From Styela clava (lineage: Eukaryota): 64,000 nt of DNA. The notes below the pieces were generated by a model. It had not been told where the DNA came from. It was given only the letters and a program-made list of their open reading frames with translations, and did not search any database. Made by a program: the position numbers and the translations under genes. The stretch spans positions 10,478,001 through 10,542,000 of the forward strand of contig NC_135258.1 of NCBI RefSeq assembly GCF_964204865.1. Reading direction: 5' to 3'. This document shows, in pieces, positions 1-13,100 of this stretch; position 1 is the stretch's first letter; each line of letters starts with the position of its first letter.

Positions 1-66
1 TTGTCATGTGATAGATACATCTATAAACAGGCGCAATTATTTTTTGAAAAAAAATTGCCTTCAAGT

Positions 67-349
67 AGGGCCGGATTTAGACTATGGCTATGCTATTATC
101 TTTAACAATGACGTCATAAAATGTCGTTGATCGATTTTGACGTAAATTATAGATTAATTAAGTTTATGTAAAGTGTATAATGACGCCGTAAATAAATTTT
201 GAATTGCGTGAATACGAAAGCCACTCACTCAATTAATTTTATTTATTCATTCAAAAACATTATAAAGTAGTTCGAAACTGCACGACGAAGCCTATGGCTT
301 GAGGCCTCTAGGCTTCTTCAGCCTACCTTGCCTAATGGTAAATACGACA
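67..349. mobile_element. About 285-bp MITE-like insertion (probable hAT) upstream of PHYH
   Basis: Exact 8-bp direct repeat CTTCAAGT at 59-66 and 350-357; imperfect inverted termini AGGGCCGGATTTA ... TAAATACGACA(CT), 10/13 matches. Confidence 0.6.
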
Positions 350-556
350 CTTCAAGTTAGTAACAAGCAGTGAGTTTGCACTTCAGCATGCTATCTCTTT
401 TTCAAATAATGAGGCAAATAAACTACTAGTCGCCTACTGTATCGGTTATGAAATTGTATATTTTTAAATATCGGGCAACTTCCGGTTTAAGTTTTGAATT
501 TTGGAAATAAAGTGTAATCGATCTTGAACTTTATACATAAAACGACGAACATTATC

Positions 557-3500
557 ATGGCTGCGGTTGATCGACTGAATGTGATCAGGGGCCATATTGG
601 ATATGACGTCCCAAAATTGGTAAGTTTAACTAGTGATTTATTATCTCACATTGTCTAGTATTTAATAATTTCAAATAGAGTTGGAAATAAGTTTTCAAGC
701 TTGAAATTATTAGGGATAAACCGAGCTTTGTTATAAAAATGATTAAATGTGAAAAAAAAAACTGACTGTATCCTCAGCTACAAACAGGAAGCGTTGAAAA
801 CTGGTCAGAACTGAATTGAGCCTAAAGCCAAAATTTGGGCTCATCGTGGTATTCAGTTTATCAAACCTATATCATCCGCGCTGTTTGTTTAATACAGATA
901 TTGTTAAATAGATTGGTGATTACTGAACTGAAAATTGATTGTTACTCATTGGGTGTCATTTTCAGGTTACTAAAATGACTTCATCTTCTGGATATCGGTA
1001 TACTTTAAATTATAATGGTAAACTAACGAACGAACAACGACAATTTTACGAGGAAAATGGATATCTTGTAGTGCGTAAGCTTGTTCCACAATATGAGCTT
1101 GATATTTATCGGATAAGATTTCATGAAATTTGCACAAAACAGGTCAGAACAAAGTACATATTGCCATATCCAAACGCACATTTTATTTGTAGCAATTTAC
1201 TTGGAATAATTGCTTTCTAGTATATTTTTGCGAAAATTCGCTTTGTGATTATTTTTGCATTATCCTTATATTGAAACGTAAAATTTAAATGAATACGTTA
1301 TGCGCCATTTCAAATGCCATACGTGTACGATGTGTTCATTACAATTGTACGAGTCAATTCATCTTTGGTTACATCGCTGGCTGCGTTTTGCCTGCGATTG
1401 ATTCACTCTGACACAAACGTTATTGATTCACTTTGACACAAACGTTTACTTGAACAATATGCATTTTAAAATTGAGGAATCTTCATACTCAATAATTTTC
1501 GGCGATTGTTAAATGCAGTAAATAGTTCTAAAGATTAGTAAGTCTTAATAAAATACAGAAGATTTGCAAATTGGATGTAAAAGTGGAATATCTAAAGATG
1601 AAACATAGTTACACTAAAATGTTTTACACATCTTATCTGCGTTGAAAAAATATAATTTCGTTATGTGTGAGTAAATCATTTATTGAAAATGATGAAGATT
1701 GCCATTCCCGGCCTAGGAATGATGAGGGATGTCTCCATTGCCAAAGACAAGTCAATACAAGGAGAAAAGGCAATTAACAAGATTCAGAATTTTCAAAACG
1801 ATCCTGTTCTTTTCAGTTATCTCCACTCTCCAAGGGTGAGTATTAAATTCCATAATAATTTGGTATTAGTGAAATCTTTCGTAAATAAATTGTTAATCAA
1901 TGAAATTTGGAAACTTTGAATTAGGTACAATTTGTGGTGACTAGCAATAGTAACTGCTAAGCATATGCTATGTAACCTGTTTTGATAAGGATTGGAAACG
2001 AGTAGCGGATGTAAGCAGTAATCTAATGGTAAAAAAGTTCACGAAGACAACTCTGTCATATCTCATTCTTACTTTCCAATAAAATCCATTTCTTGGAATC
2101 TTTATCCAACAAACAGCTTCAGTACAAACACTTTATGATTGGGCAAATTCGGAGAAACCAGTTGGATTTCTGACGATGACATCACAATTCTATTTTGGCA
2201 TCTCCAAAGATATTCTTTTCATTGAAAATTATTAAACGCCTTTCAGATCCTTCAATACGTCGAAGCCATCACTGGACCTGATATAACGGCCATTCATTCA
2301 ATGTTGATAAATAAACCCCCGGACTCAGGTAGGATACTATTTATTATAAAAATGTATATTGGGATCCAATGCTAGCGTAGATACCTTCAAATGTTGAGAT
2401 TATTTTTTTTTTCCAAACTATATGATGGCAAATCTCAGAACTTTCCTAAAAATCCGCATAAACACATGCGGGTATTGCAAACTGTTTTCTTCTAACATTA
2501 TACTGATTTGAGTTTGCTCTTAATAAATGTTTCTTGACCTTTTCTCGTTCACTATTATTGTGTGCAATATAACGTAAACATATTTGTGATGTTGGCCTAA
2601 TGATAATAATTATGCTATAGGCTTTGTTTGCTTTCTTGCCATGACGCTACTGCCGTGTTCATCTGCAATTATGCACGATCTACCGCCTTTTCAATGTAAT
2701 GTAAATGGTAGTCTATAATGGATGATTATAGGGGATATTATTTGCATCCATATTGAACATAATGAGACATATGGGTCATTTTGCTAAGTAAGCTATTGAT
2801 ACCCATGTGGTTGTTGTTGAAGAAGAAAACAGATTACTTTTGCAATTAGTCTCCGCTACTAAACCAATTTCAGCAGTAATAGAAGAACGTGTCTTCCAGA
2901 TTCTAGAGAATAGTAATTCTTATATTTTATCTGAAGCTTATTGTTTCACCCCAAACCTTGCCAATCAATGATGAAGTTCTTTTACACGAGGTCACTCAAC
3001 TAGTAACGGTAAGTAATAATGCCCGTACACCTGTGGTTTGTAATATGTTAATTTCAACGCAATAAATTTTTCACCCAGTTTGTATGGCCTGTTTAAAATC
3101 GCAAAAAATAAAAGATGTTATAGAAAAATGAAAAACTTTTTTCATCGTGTTAAGGTAAGAAGACATCTCGGCACCCGCTTCATCAAGACCTCCATTACTT
3201 TCTACTGCGACCTGAAGATCGGATTGCTGCTGCATGGACTGCAATGCAGAAAATTGACAGAAGTAATGGATGCCTTGTTGTACTGCCAGGAACACACAAG
3301 CAACCGTTGAAAGAGCATAATTATCCCGACTGGAAGGTTTATAATACTGTTCAGTTAGCTACTCTAAATGCTCATGCGATTATTTATGTAAATGGATTCT
3401 TTATTTAGATAAAGCAAATATAATCTAGTACTAATTAAATCTAACGTTTTAGGGTGGTGTGAATAAGATGTATTATGGAGTAGACGACTACGACGAAAAT

Positions 3501-4093
3501 GCTCCCAGACACCATCTAGTGATGGATGAAGGTGATACCGTATTCTTTCATCTATTACTCGTTCATGGTTCAGGAACGAATGTCAGTGATGGATTTAGAA
3601 AGGTGAGTCTTATCTTCAAAAATAGGTTTGAAACTTATTAATAACAAATGCAATTTGAATAAATCAATGAGAAATTGTATTCATGTAAGAGATTTGGAAT
3701 TACCCTAATTTCGTTATATAGTTTCAAATGAAGAACGCAGGTATTTCCTAACGTTCCTCTCTGAATTTTCAATAGTTGTTTATTGATAGATATTAACAGT
3801 TATGTAACTTCGATTAAACTTATCTTTTAATTCACTCATATGTATGTATTCGTGCGACATACAAATTATCAAATTATCGTATACAATTATTTATGAATAC
3901 CCCATTTTAGGCTATTAGTGGGCATTTCGCCAGCAGCCAGTGTCATTTCATTTCACCAGAAGGAACGTCACAGACAAATTATGTGACTGAACTTGCGGGC
4001 ATCGTGAAACGTCAAACGGGCAAGGATGTACCACATGAAGAAGGGGCTCGAGCAAAATATCGGGTGGTTCAAGGAATACGGAAAAACATTTAA
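557..4093 (+). CDS. PHYH: Phytanoyl-CoA dioxygenase (peroxisomal Fe(II)/2-oxoglutarate hydroxylase), 7 coding exons, 324 aa
   Basis: Exons 557-619, 966-1142, 1698-1835, 2247-2328, 3155-3336, 3453-3602, 3911-4093; all GT-AG and phase-compatible, 975 nt ending TAA. Translation contains [25 protein letters not shown] (HxD iron ligands), [16 protein letters not shown], GDTVFFHxLLVHGSG (third His), GFRKAIS (2-OG-binding Arg) and N-terminal PTS2-like RLNVIRGHI. Confidence 0.96.
1397..1446. repeat. 25-bp tandem duplication in PHYH intron 2
   Basis: ATTGATTCACTCTGACACAAACGTT followed by ATTGATTCACTTTGACACAAACGTT (1 mismatch). Confidence 0.92.
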
Positions 4094-7000
4094 TAGTTAC
4101 CTTGCTTGTAAATATTTAAAACGAGTCGAAACATATGGTTTCATCCCAATTGGTTTCTTTAACAATAAGGAATTAAAATAATTGAATATCTATTATTATT
4201 TATGAATATACCGGAAATGCCTGAAAATATGCTGAATATAGTAAAACTTTAAAAGACACAAAAAAGACGAAGAAAATCCGACTTTTCGAGATATTTTTAC
4301 TTCTGTTGACTCAAAATTATCTTCTGTATGCGAGGTAAAACGGAAACGCAGTGTTATTGCAAAAACAAAGTCAAGAAGATTAAATCAACAATGCAAGATA
4401 AACTGTCGTTAAAACTGCTGCTATAATTAACCGTTTGACTTACACTTTGCTTGTTTTAATACATGAAAAAATCAATTCATCCATACTGGGTCACTCACAC
4501 ATTGTACGTTTTCATTTAGTGAAAATACTTATGAATCGTAATCATGAATTGTTTACGTTTGCACTTCTGAGTTCCTTGTACAACTATTTAACCCCAGAAT
4601 TGAGTTGAAACGATTTACTCCTACGGAGTATAAAATAAATTTTAGACGATATCATTCAAACAATAGGCCAAGCGGTGACCAGACTATCCTTGAATAATAA
4701 TATTGTATGGCACCATGTAAAAAAGTAATTGCCAATCATGAAGTTGTCAAGTTCTCCATTTTACAAGATGACTGAAAATATATTCCTACCACGTAATGCC
4801 GGTAATGTTATACGTTTGCAAATTGCAATTCAAGCATTGCGTCACTCAAAAACTAAATGTCACGAAGATTTAATCGGATGCAAATATCAACAAGTTTTGG
4901 TGTCAAAATACTATTCTAAATACACAATATACTCATATTACCATCCCAACGAAATATATATATCGAATAGGTTTTGTTGAAGAAACTAAGCGTTGATGAG
5001 TATTTTAGCTGCGTGGCATGAAATTCGAAATACTTAGTTTCGATTTGAATGTGTAATGATTCACTATAGTAGACGGTAAGTTATCATTAAAAATGTTTTG
5101 TACAAACATGTATGAAATTCTAAAAGGAATAAGTTAAAAATTGGTCACGTTTTGATCTAGATATGAAGCACTCAATTGAAGATAACAACTAATCGATACA
5201 ACTGAGAAACCACATGAGTAATCATTGAGAACTTGCAAAAATGATGCAATTCGTAAATCGGCCCGAAGTTTAAAACGATCAAAAAAAGATCAATCGGCCA
5301 GTACAGAGGTTTAGTATTATTGACGTAGTTGGTGTTCCGGACACATGGCAATGTGTCATGAAAACCAATACTTATTTCAGGAAATAGCGTAAAGTGACTG
5401 TCGAAAAGGAACTAATCTGTCCTTTGAATATGCATTTGGCAAACGGTGCCAACGTTGAGCCGCTGATGCTTGCCGAACCAAAAATAGCCCAGACTGCAGA
5501 CAAGCTTCGATTGACAAGTAATAAGATGCTAAATTGTTTTCAAACAACAAAGTATTCATTGGAGAAATGTTCCGTTCCATGCCCACTCTTTCGTTTTGAT
5601 TGATTGCCTGATTATACTATTCAAAAATATGTGAATTTAATATACAAAACTTCATATTTTTATCATTGTGGTTTAAGTTTACTGACGAATCTAGGAAGGC
5701 TTTGCATGGCCCACATATGTTTTGTAGTAGTTATTCCACACTGTCTTGCATACAGTTGGTATGGCGCACGCGTTCTGAAATGCTGAAATATACTCGGTAG
5801 ACACCCTGTTCCGAACTGAAAGTAACTGTATTTTTGGTTTTTGTCACACTTGCATACAAATAGAAAATTTTAATATATCCTGTATTGTCCGCGCCATTTT
5901 AACTTTCATATAAAAATCAGACGTTCCAATCTGGTCGTGGTGTTCAGCAACGGCGCCACGCCGTTAGGTCATAGGAATGAGACTTGGCACGAGCGTTTCA
6001 ATTTCGTGATTTCGAGCAAAATCGGTTTGGCCGAAGAGCAAAAATTTTGCTTTTTCTGTGCTGAGACTGAGTATTAGTTTATTAATATCCGCTTCCGAGT
6101 AATGCAGCAGAAATGTTCGGGTTCAATGGCGCCTCAAGACTGAGATTAAAAAGTTGGTACAGTTTATAAGCAAGACTATGAAAGGTTGAGATGATTGGAT
6201 AAAGTTGCAAAAACTATTTTACTTTAAAAAGGCTTCGGGTATATGTTACTATTTACAACCAAGAATATAAATACCTCATAAAATTATCTGATATTTTAGT
6301 TCATGATGTACTATCGTATTTTTACGCGTGCCATTTCGAGCAGCATTGTCAGAATACTAAAAAATTCTAAGTCTGTCGTTGACTTACTTTAGCTTTGGTA
6401 GCTAATTCTAAAAACAACACGGATAGCCTACCACACCTGGTTTTATCCTCACCTGTAAACAAATATACAACCTATGTAGAATGCTTACCAACATTCCAAA
6501 ACATGATCAAGTAAAAATATGTTCCGCTCGAGCGAAGGGTATTTTGGGTGTTCAACTTTCGTTTCGGCTCATTAATAACAGGAACAGATTAGAAACATAA
6601 TTATCAATATATAAGTTAGAGTTGGACGTTAAGGCGTTTTTTTTTCTACGGTGAAAATTCGGTCGATGCGGGATGGGAAACTATATTTAGGAATCTCGAT
6701 CATAGTGCTTGAATGGTATAACACTGAGAAAGAAGGATAGAATAATCAAAATCTTTGTAAGTTGTTGTTTTGAAAATGCAATGCCTTTAACATTTCATAC
6801 AATACAATTTACTATTGATGATATAGTAACGTATTTTATACGGTATTTCGATTTGTTGTGATTGTTACAAAGAATATGATTATTCTTAATTTTGGACAGT
6901 TCAGGTAAATAACCCTAACTCAAATATGCGGTTATTTTCATTCATGAATTATCTTTCCATTCATCATGTGTTAGAAGCATATTTTTATGTATCTGTAACA

Positions 7001-10000
7001 TCATCTACCGGCAAACAATATAGGATTATGCAAGTTGAATTCTACCACAATTTCATTATTGCGCGGTTGAAACTATTGCCAAATTGCTAATTGTTTCACT
7101 TCTTGCATTATATAGCAATTTTCAAGTAATCACTGTAGTAATTTTTTGAATGTTTAGCCTTTATTTTCGGAATGCAATACAGACCTTCGAAGTAAAATTT
7201 TTACTTATTGTTAATGTATGGTCCAAAGTAGTTTGGCCCTCGTGCGTTCGTTTCCGCCTCCTTGCTTTAATAATGGTGATTTATAATGTAATATTTGACA
7301 CGACGAAGACAAGCTAGTAACAATTGGATTAGTTCCGAGTATACAACCAGGAAAGTTTTCTAATCTCATGTTCTTGGTTTTCATTATTGTATCTTTATCA
7401 TATATAATCATTTAAACATTACAAGTAATGGAATTCGTGTATAAACAAAAAGCGAACATTTTAATGGCTTGCAAGCTAGCTATATTTAGTAAATGAGCAA
7501 TTTTACAGAACTGTACAGACATTCTGCTCATTTCGATTCATACTTATGAATTTCACACCTCACATTTGAAAAATATTCACCATTTACAACGACTGCTGCA
7601 AGTTTTCTACTATAGATACTCTCATGAAATGATAGATGCTCTCATGCAATATATCGTGAAATTTTGTGATCCCATGGTGGTCAACTATTAATCCAATGTT
7701 ATATTGAAAATATCGTTTAAACGGATTAAAGACATAGGAATATTGAAGTATGAAATTGTAGGGAAAAGTAATTATTACCACCTTGTAACCCAAAATTATA
7801 TATTTCATTTTATTTATAATAAACCGCAACCCGTAATTTTCGAAGTAACAATAAATTTTATTGGTGGCTTCGGAGCCACAGCGACGAAATAATATTTTTA
7901 TATTCGTGAATTAAAATTGAATATATTTTTTGTATGAAATAAAAGCAGAAAATAATATATATACTGAGATTTTTCAATGTGATAGTGCCTTGCACAGTAT
8001 ATTTATATTTTTTAGTCAAAATATAGACTGTACATAATTAGTCGATATTGCCTTCTTATGCTAATCATTCCGGTATTGTCTCAATTTAATTTTCAAACTG
8101 GGCCACCCAGGCTTTACAGTTGAGCGGTGATTGAACATCTGCTCCTAAATAATGAAATAGTTTTGGTCGATGTTAGTCTGTCAATCTTCTTTCGGGAAAG
8201 GATAGAAGTTTTCAAAACATGAGGTAATGTTCGTATGGTGATTGTGTGTAGAGGTGGTGGCCTATAACGTGGCAGGTCTTGTTAGTTATTTTAAAGAACA
8301 ATAGGGAGGATATTGTCACTTAAAATGAAAAACAATTACTGTGATACATGATTGAAAGAAAGACAATGGCGACTCATGTAAGTTTATTCAGTGGATATGC
8401 CCGATACTTCGTTTTAATTTCGCGTACACAACTATCAGTCGTTTGGCGATGGCAACCGAATATGTATGAATAGAACTAGACGTCTCCTACATGCGCATCT
8501 GTCCAAATAAGCGTCACAAACGTACTGTTAGGCAAAGTTGAGTGATAACTGTATTTTATGTGTACATTTGTGAAATGGCATTATGTTTCTTTGTGTTATA
8601 TATATATACAAAATATCAATCTGTCCCGTTGAAATATCTTATTGATATGAAATGACGTTGTATCAAGTGGTAATGTAATGACAGTATAATTTTGATAAAT
8701 TCAAGTATTTTTTTGAAAGACTCGTCAAGAAAAACGCATTCACCAATTGCGCAAATTTCTTATTATTTCTTTGGCCCCGAGTATTGTTTACCCCTTTGTT
8801 ACTTGTTATAAACAAAGACAAATTTTATGAGTAATGTTTGTGGTAAAATGACCAGATGACGCAAAGCGCTTGAAAAGGGTTATGATGCGAGTTTTCATTC
8901 AATCGGATTGTCATTGGAGAAATATGTTTTCATGAAAAAATATGTTGTTGGATTGTTCCGGCACGCGTGCCGTATGCACGTCACTCAATTTAGTCTTCTT
9001 CAAGTTCGCATATGCTTTTTTATTCTGTAATGAAATTGATATAATTGTATTTTGTTAGAAGAGATTTTGTATAAATAAACGAAAAAGGTCTTCAATACAG
9101 TGAAAATTGGAAAATTTAATTTTAATTTTTTAAAAAAAGCAGTCAGGATTGCTGTTGTTCTACTGGCAATTCATTTGTCGTATGTACAATTACTATGAAT
9201 GAACAAAGGGTAGTTTGGTAGATATTTGTTACTTTCCAGATTCTCTAATCTACATTGTGGGCATCAGGTGTAAAGGATATGGTATGCATTGTCGCTTAGT
9301 TTATCAGTTTGTTGGAAAGTTCTAACATAAATCTAACCGCATTGACGTATGACGCACGATTAATCTTTATTATGGCGAGAAATACGTTATCACTTTGTAG
9401 TTTGAAATAATTTTGAATCGGAAATGAATCAGGTAAACAAAATAGAGAAATGGATGTTTTTGCTTCAGCACATCCTCTTTTGTGTTTCATTGATAATTTC
9501 TGGTTAGTGACGACATTATCTGTTATTTACTAAACAGTAAAAGATCCGCCGTGTGTAAAAGAGGTGCGAGAATTTTAGGGTGAAAAAGGCAAGCGTGGGC
9601 AATTACAACTTTATGTCTAGTCCTAATTTTAGATTAGTCAGTCACGGTTCAAGCAAATTTCAATATAAGTTGATAAGTCAAGCCAACAAAATTTTATTTA
9701 GTAGTATTTGGCAACTTCTAAACGACTATAAAAATGTTGAGGATTTTCATCCAAAATTTCAATGCTTCCAATCACATTTTTTGTGAAATATCAAAAGAAT
9801 TTTATGTGGGGGATGTCATATGCATATTATGGATTATAATATTTCGTGCTAGCGTTTCATACTTTCAATATGTCCTTATTTTATTGTATATTTATAATCT
9901 CAGTAAGTCAAAATGAATTTTACAATACAATACTAAAATTGAGTAAGTTAGTATTTGGCAATATATGTTCCAAGCGTACCGTACCAGTGTGTGTTATAGC

Positions 10001-10161
10001 GATATCTCGCAATGTATATTTAACTTATCCTAATTTTGTTTTCACAACATTGGCGGCGTTTTCAGTGATTTTTCTGCTTCCATGTAGACTTGTACTTAGT
10101 GATTTGCATCAACCGCAGGAAGATCGAACGAACTTCGAGTACGGACAAGTCACGCAACGTT

Positions 10162-13100
10162 ATGTCGCTCAGCAGCCGCAGCGAAAACGCGGCAACTCAG
10201 CCCAACGCCGGGGATTGGGATGTACTTTCTTTGCATTCAGATGAGGACGAACTTGAAAGAAATTCTCATTTAAATGTTGGCAAGAGAGCTTCTGCTTCTT
10301 TTGATAAAGATAGTCAGGGTCATAAGTCACCCAGAAAATCTGGTAGAGACTCAGACCGCTCATTTTCACGTAAAGTATGGAAGGTTTTTAGAACTCAAAA
10401 TTCAACTCCACCTGGTGGAAAAGTTTCTCCGCAAAACGATGAGAATAAACGAGGGGGTCCGAGCCCTGTGAGGAAAGCATTTTCTCGGAATCGAAGTGAT
10501 GAAATAGCCATGAAAGCATTTCCAGATCATAGGGACAAGGTCACACCTTTATCAGAACACAAAACAGCTTCTATAAAATCAAATGAATATAACACGACAC
10601 ACTACTCGAACCCCGCATATATCCCATCCAGAGAAGACGAAGATTACAATAGTGTACGTGGAAGCAAACGACGGTCTTATGAAGCCCCAATATATTCGGT
10701 AAACTCGGCTGGGCGTCCGATTCCTATTACAATTGAGGAATCAGAAAACGAAGATGAAGATACGGACTATGATACTTCACCCGAAACCGCTGATTCGGAT
10801 GATTCTCCGATGCCAACAGCGTCCAAAATATTTTTGCGATCGGGTTTTTGCTGCTGCAATGAAGACAATGACACAACTTTTACAGAAGCTGCTAAAGGGA
10901 AACTAGCTACCTGGTGGAGGCGAACATACAAACCAGATTCTAACGGAATATTCCTATGGCTATGCGTTGTTACAACAGCATTCTTATATAATATCTGGAC
11001 TATACCACTACGAGCAACTTATTTATCAGGTACAAATCATGTGATATTTTCTACATTGAGTATTAATAATTCAATTTTGTTTAGCAAACGCTAAATTTCT
11101 TCAAGATGAGCTTATACGTGATCGGGGATGATGCATCTTAATTTTTTTTGCGTTCGGCAAGTCAATTCGTTTATACTGCAAAACTTGTGGCTTGTAACTT
11201 TAACCAGTAGACTACAAAAGATATGGAGGATTGTTTTTAGGTTATCAATTAAAAAGTTTGTTTTGTTAGGCCGAAACCCATTCAAATAGGCTTGCAAGAC
11301 CGGCGGTCATCTACGACATTGATTAATATTGTCTATATATACTTTGACTTATTGTTTAATTTGCGATATTTTTTTGCTTATTTTATTTTAACAGTTTTCT
11401 GATCTGAATACAAGATTGTTGGGAAAATCCTTGCAAAAAAATAGAAAAATTGTGTCTTGTGTCCCCAGTATTATAAATGTCATTAACTATTAACCTGCTG
11501 CAGTCACGATTTGGGATTTATAACACTAATTTGCGAAATGCTGCAACTAATTGTTTATATAAATGCTGCGAATAGTGGAATAGCTTGTAAAATTTTCACT
11601 ATAATTTTACTGCAATATTGCAGTAATAAGATGAAGGCACGAGGCCACAGTTAATTTGAACTATTCTGCAAATGATTTTTTTTGTGGCTGTACTATGGGT
11701 TGCTATTTATTCATATATATTTAACCCAAATAAATATATTTAGAGATTTTTCTCGTTACAAGAAAATCACGATTATAGTTAGTAAACAAGAACATTTTTG
11801 AATCAATATAAATTTGTAGTTTTTTGACTTGGCTAGACATTGAATGTAATGTTTTCTACTTTATTCCACAATCTCTAGAACGAGATAAAAATAGAATTCC
11901 GTTTCGACATTTCACGAAATTAATAAATTTTATTGTCTTCTGTCACGTTTGAAATTTGCTTACGAATTAGATTGTAAGAAACTTTTTCGGTTTTTGTCTA
12001 TTAAATAAAATTAATGAAATTCAAATTTGCAAAATTAATTTAAACTGCGATAGTCCAGTTAATATCCAACTTTTAAGCAATTTATTAATACGGGGCAAAC
12101 AAACAAAATCTAATTGATTTATTACTTCTTAACAACAAATCTATTGCATTAAGGTATTAAACAATGACGGGAATTTTTAAAAATTCAGCAAAAACTCCAT
12201 TTGTCATTTTCTAAATTTATCATCGATTATATAAAATGTCCAATTCCATCCGTTATGTAACAGACCATGAATTGCCCAGTTTTCCACGGAAGGGAAGTGG
12301 CTGCTTTATAGAAGTAATGTTAAAGGTACATTTCATGTTTTCAACTACATGTCTTTTTGACCCCAAAATCTTTGACATCGCGCGCACGCGCCCTAACAAC
12401 GGAATGAAAAAAAGCTCATCACGCCCATTTTTAAATTTGTTTATACAACGCACGTGTCGCTCCGTAACTAAGGTACATAGTAAAGATATATTGATACATA
12501 TAGTATAAATTCACGGTAATTCAAAACTGTTGTAACATCAAATGAAATCAATATGATACCAATCCCCTTGTATGATCTAGTGTATATAGGCTGCTACATC
12601 TTTTATCCACATTTGGCCAAATCATCACATACTATATCGATTAAGTGTTTACATTTACCCAGCAAAGTGTGTTAATTTGTTTAAGGTTTTACGTAGTATG
12701 ATAGGGTGATTATGCAATCTATCGTATGAAACGAAAATAAATGACTCAGAACTGCCCCACTTTTCACCACCCTCGGTGAATTCTTTTACGGGAGCGGGAT
12801 GTTAAAGCACTTTCTCAGGGTTCTCACCTTACGTAATATCAATGCGAAGACATGTTTTGTGCCATATTCATATCTTGCTAACAATGGATGGCGCGTGACT
12901 TCAAAGAGAGTGGAGGTCAACAGATGCCTTATATATCCTATTAATAAAATATTTTTAAGAAACAAGAAAATTTGAAAATAGAAAAAGTTATTTAAAATAT
13001 TTCAGTTTTTAAAATGTTGGAATAATCGTTTTGTTTCAATGTAATTCAGAAAATATTAGACACAATGTGGATCGTTTCGCTAAATTTTGTTATTGTTGAT

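Noticed and set aside
5377-5786. ORF cluster with an acceptor at 5380 between PHYH and the CNG gene
   Set aside because: Stops in all three frames right after the acceptor; no recognisable protein; at most non-coding.
8348-8383. ATG...CAT|gtaagt as an upstream coding exon of the CNG gene
   Set aside because: Phase 0; splicing to the 10088 acceptor gives an immediate stop (ACT TGT ACT TAG).
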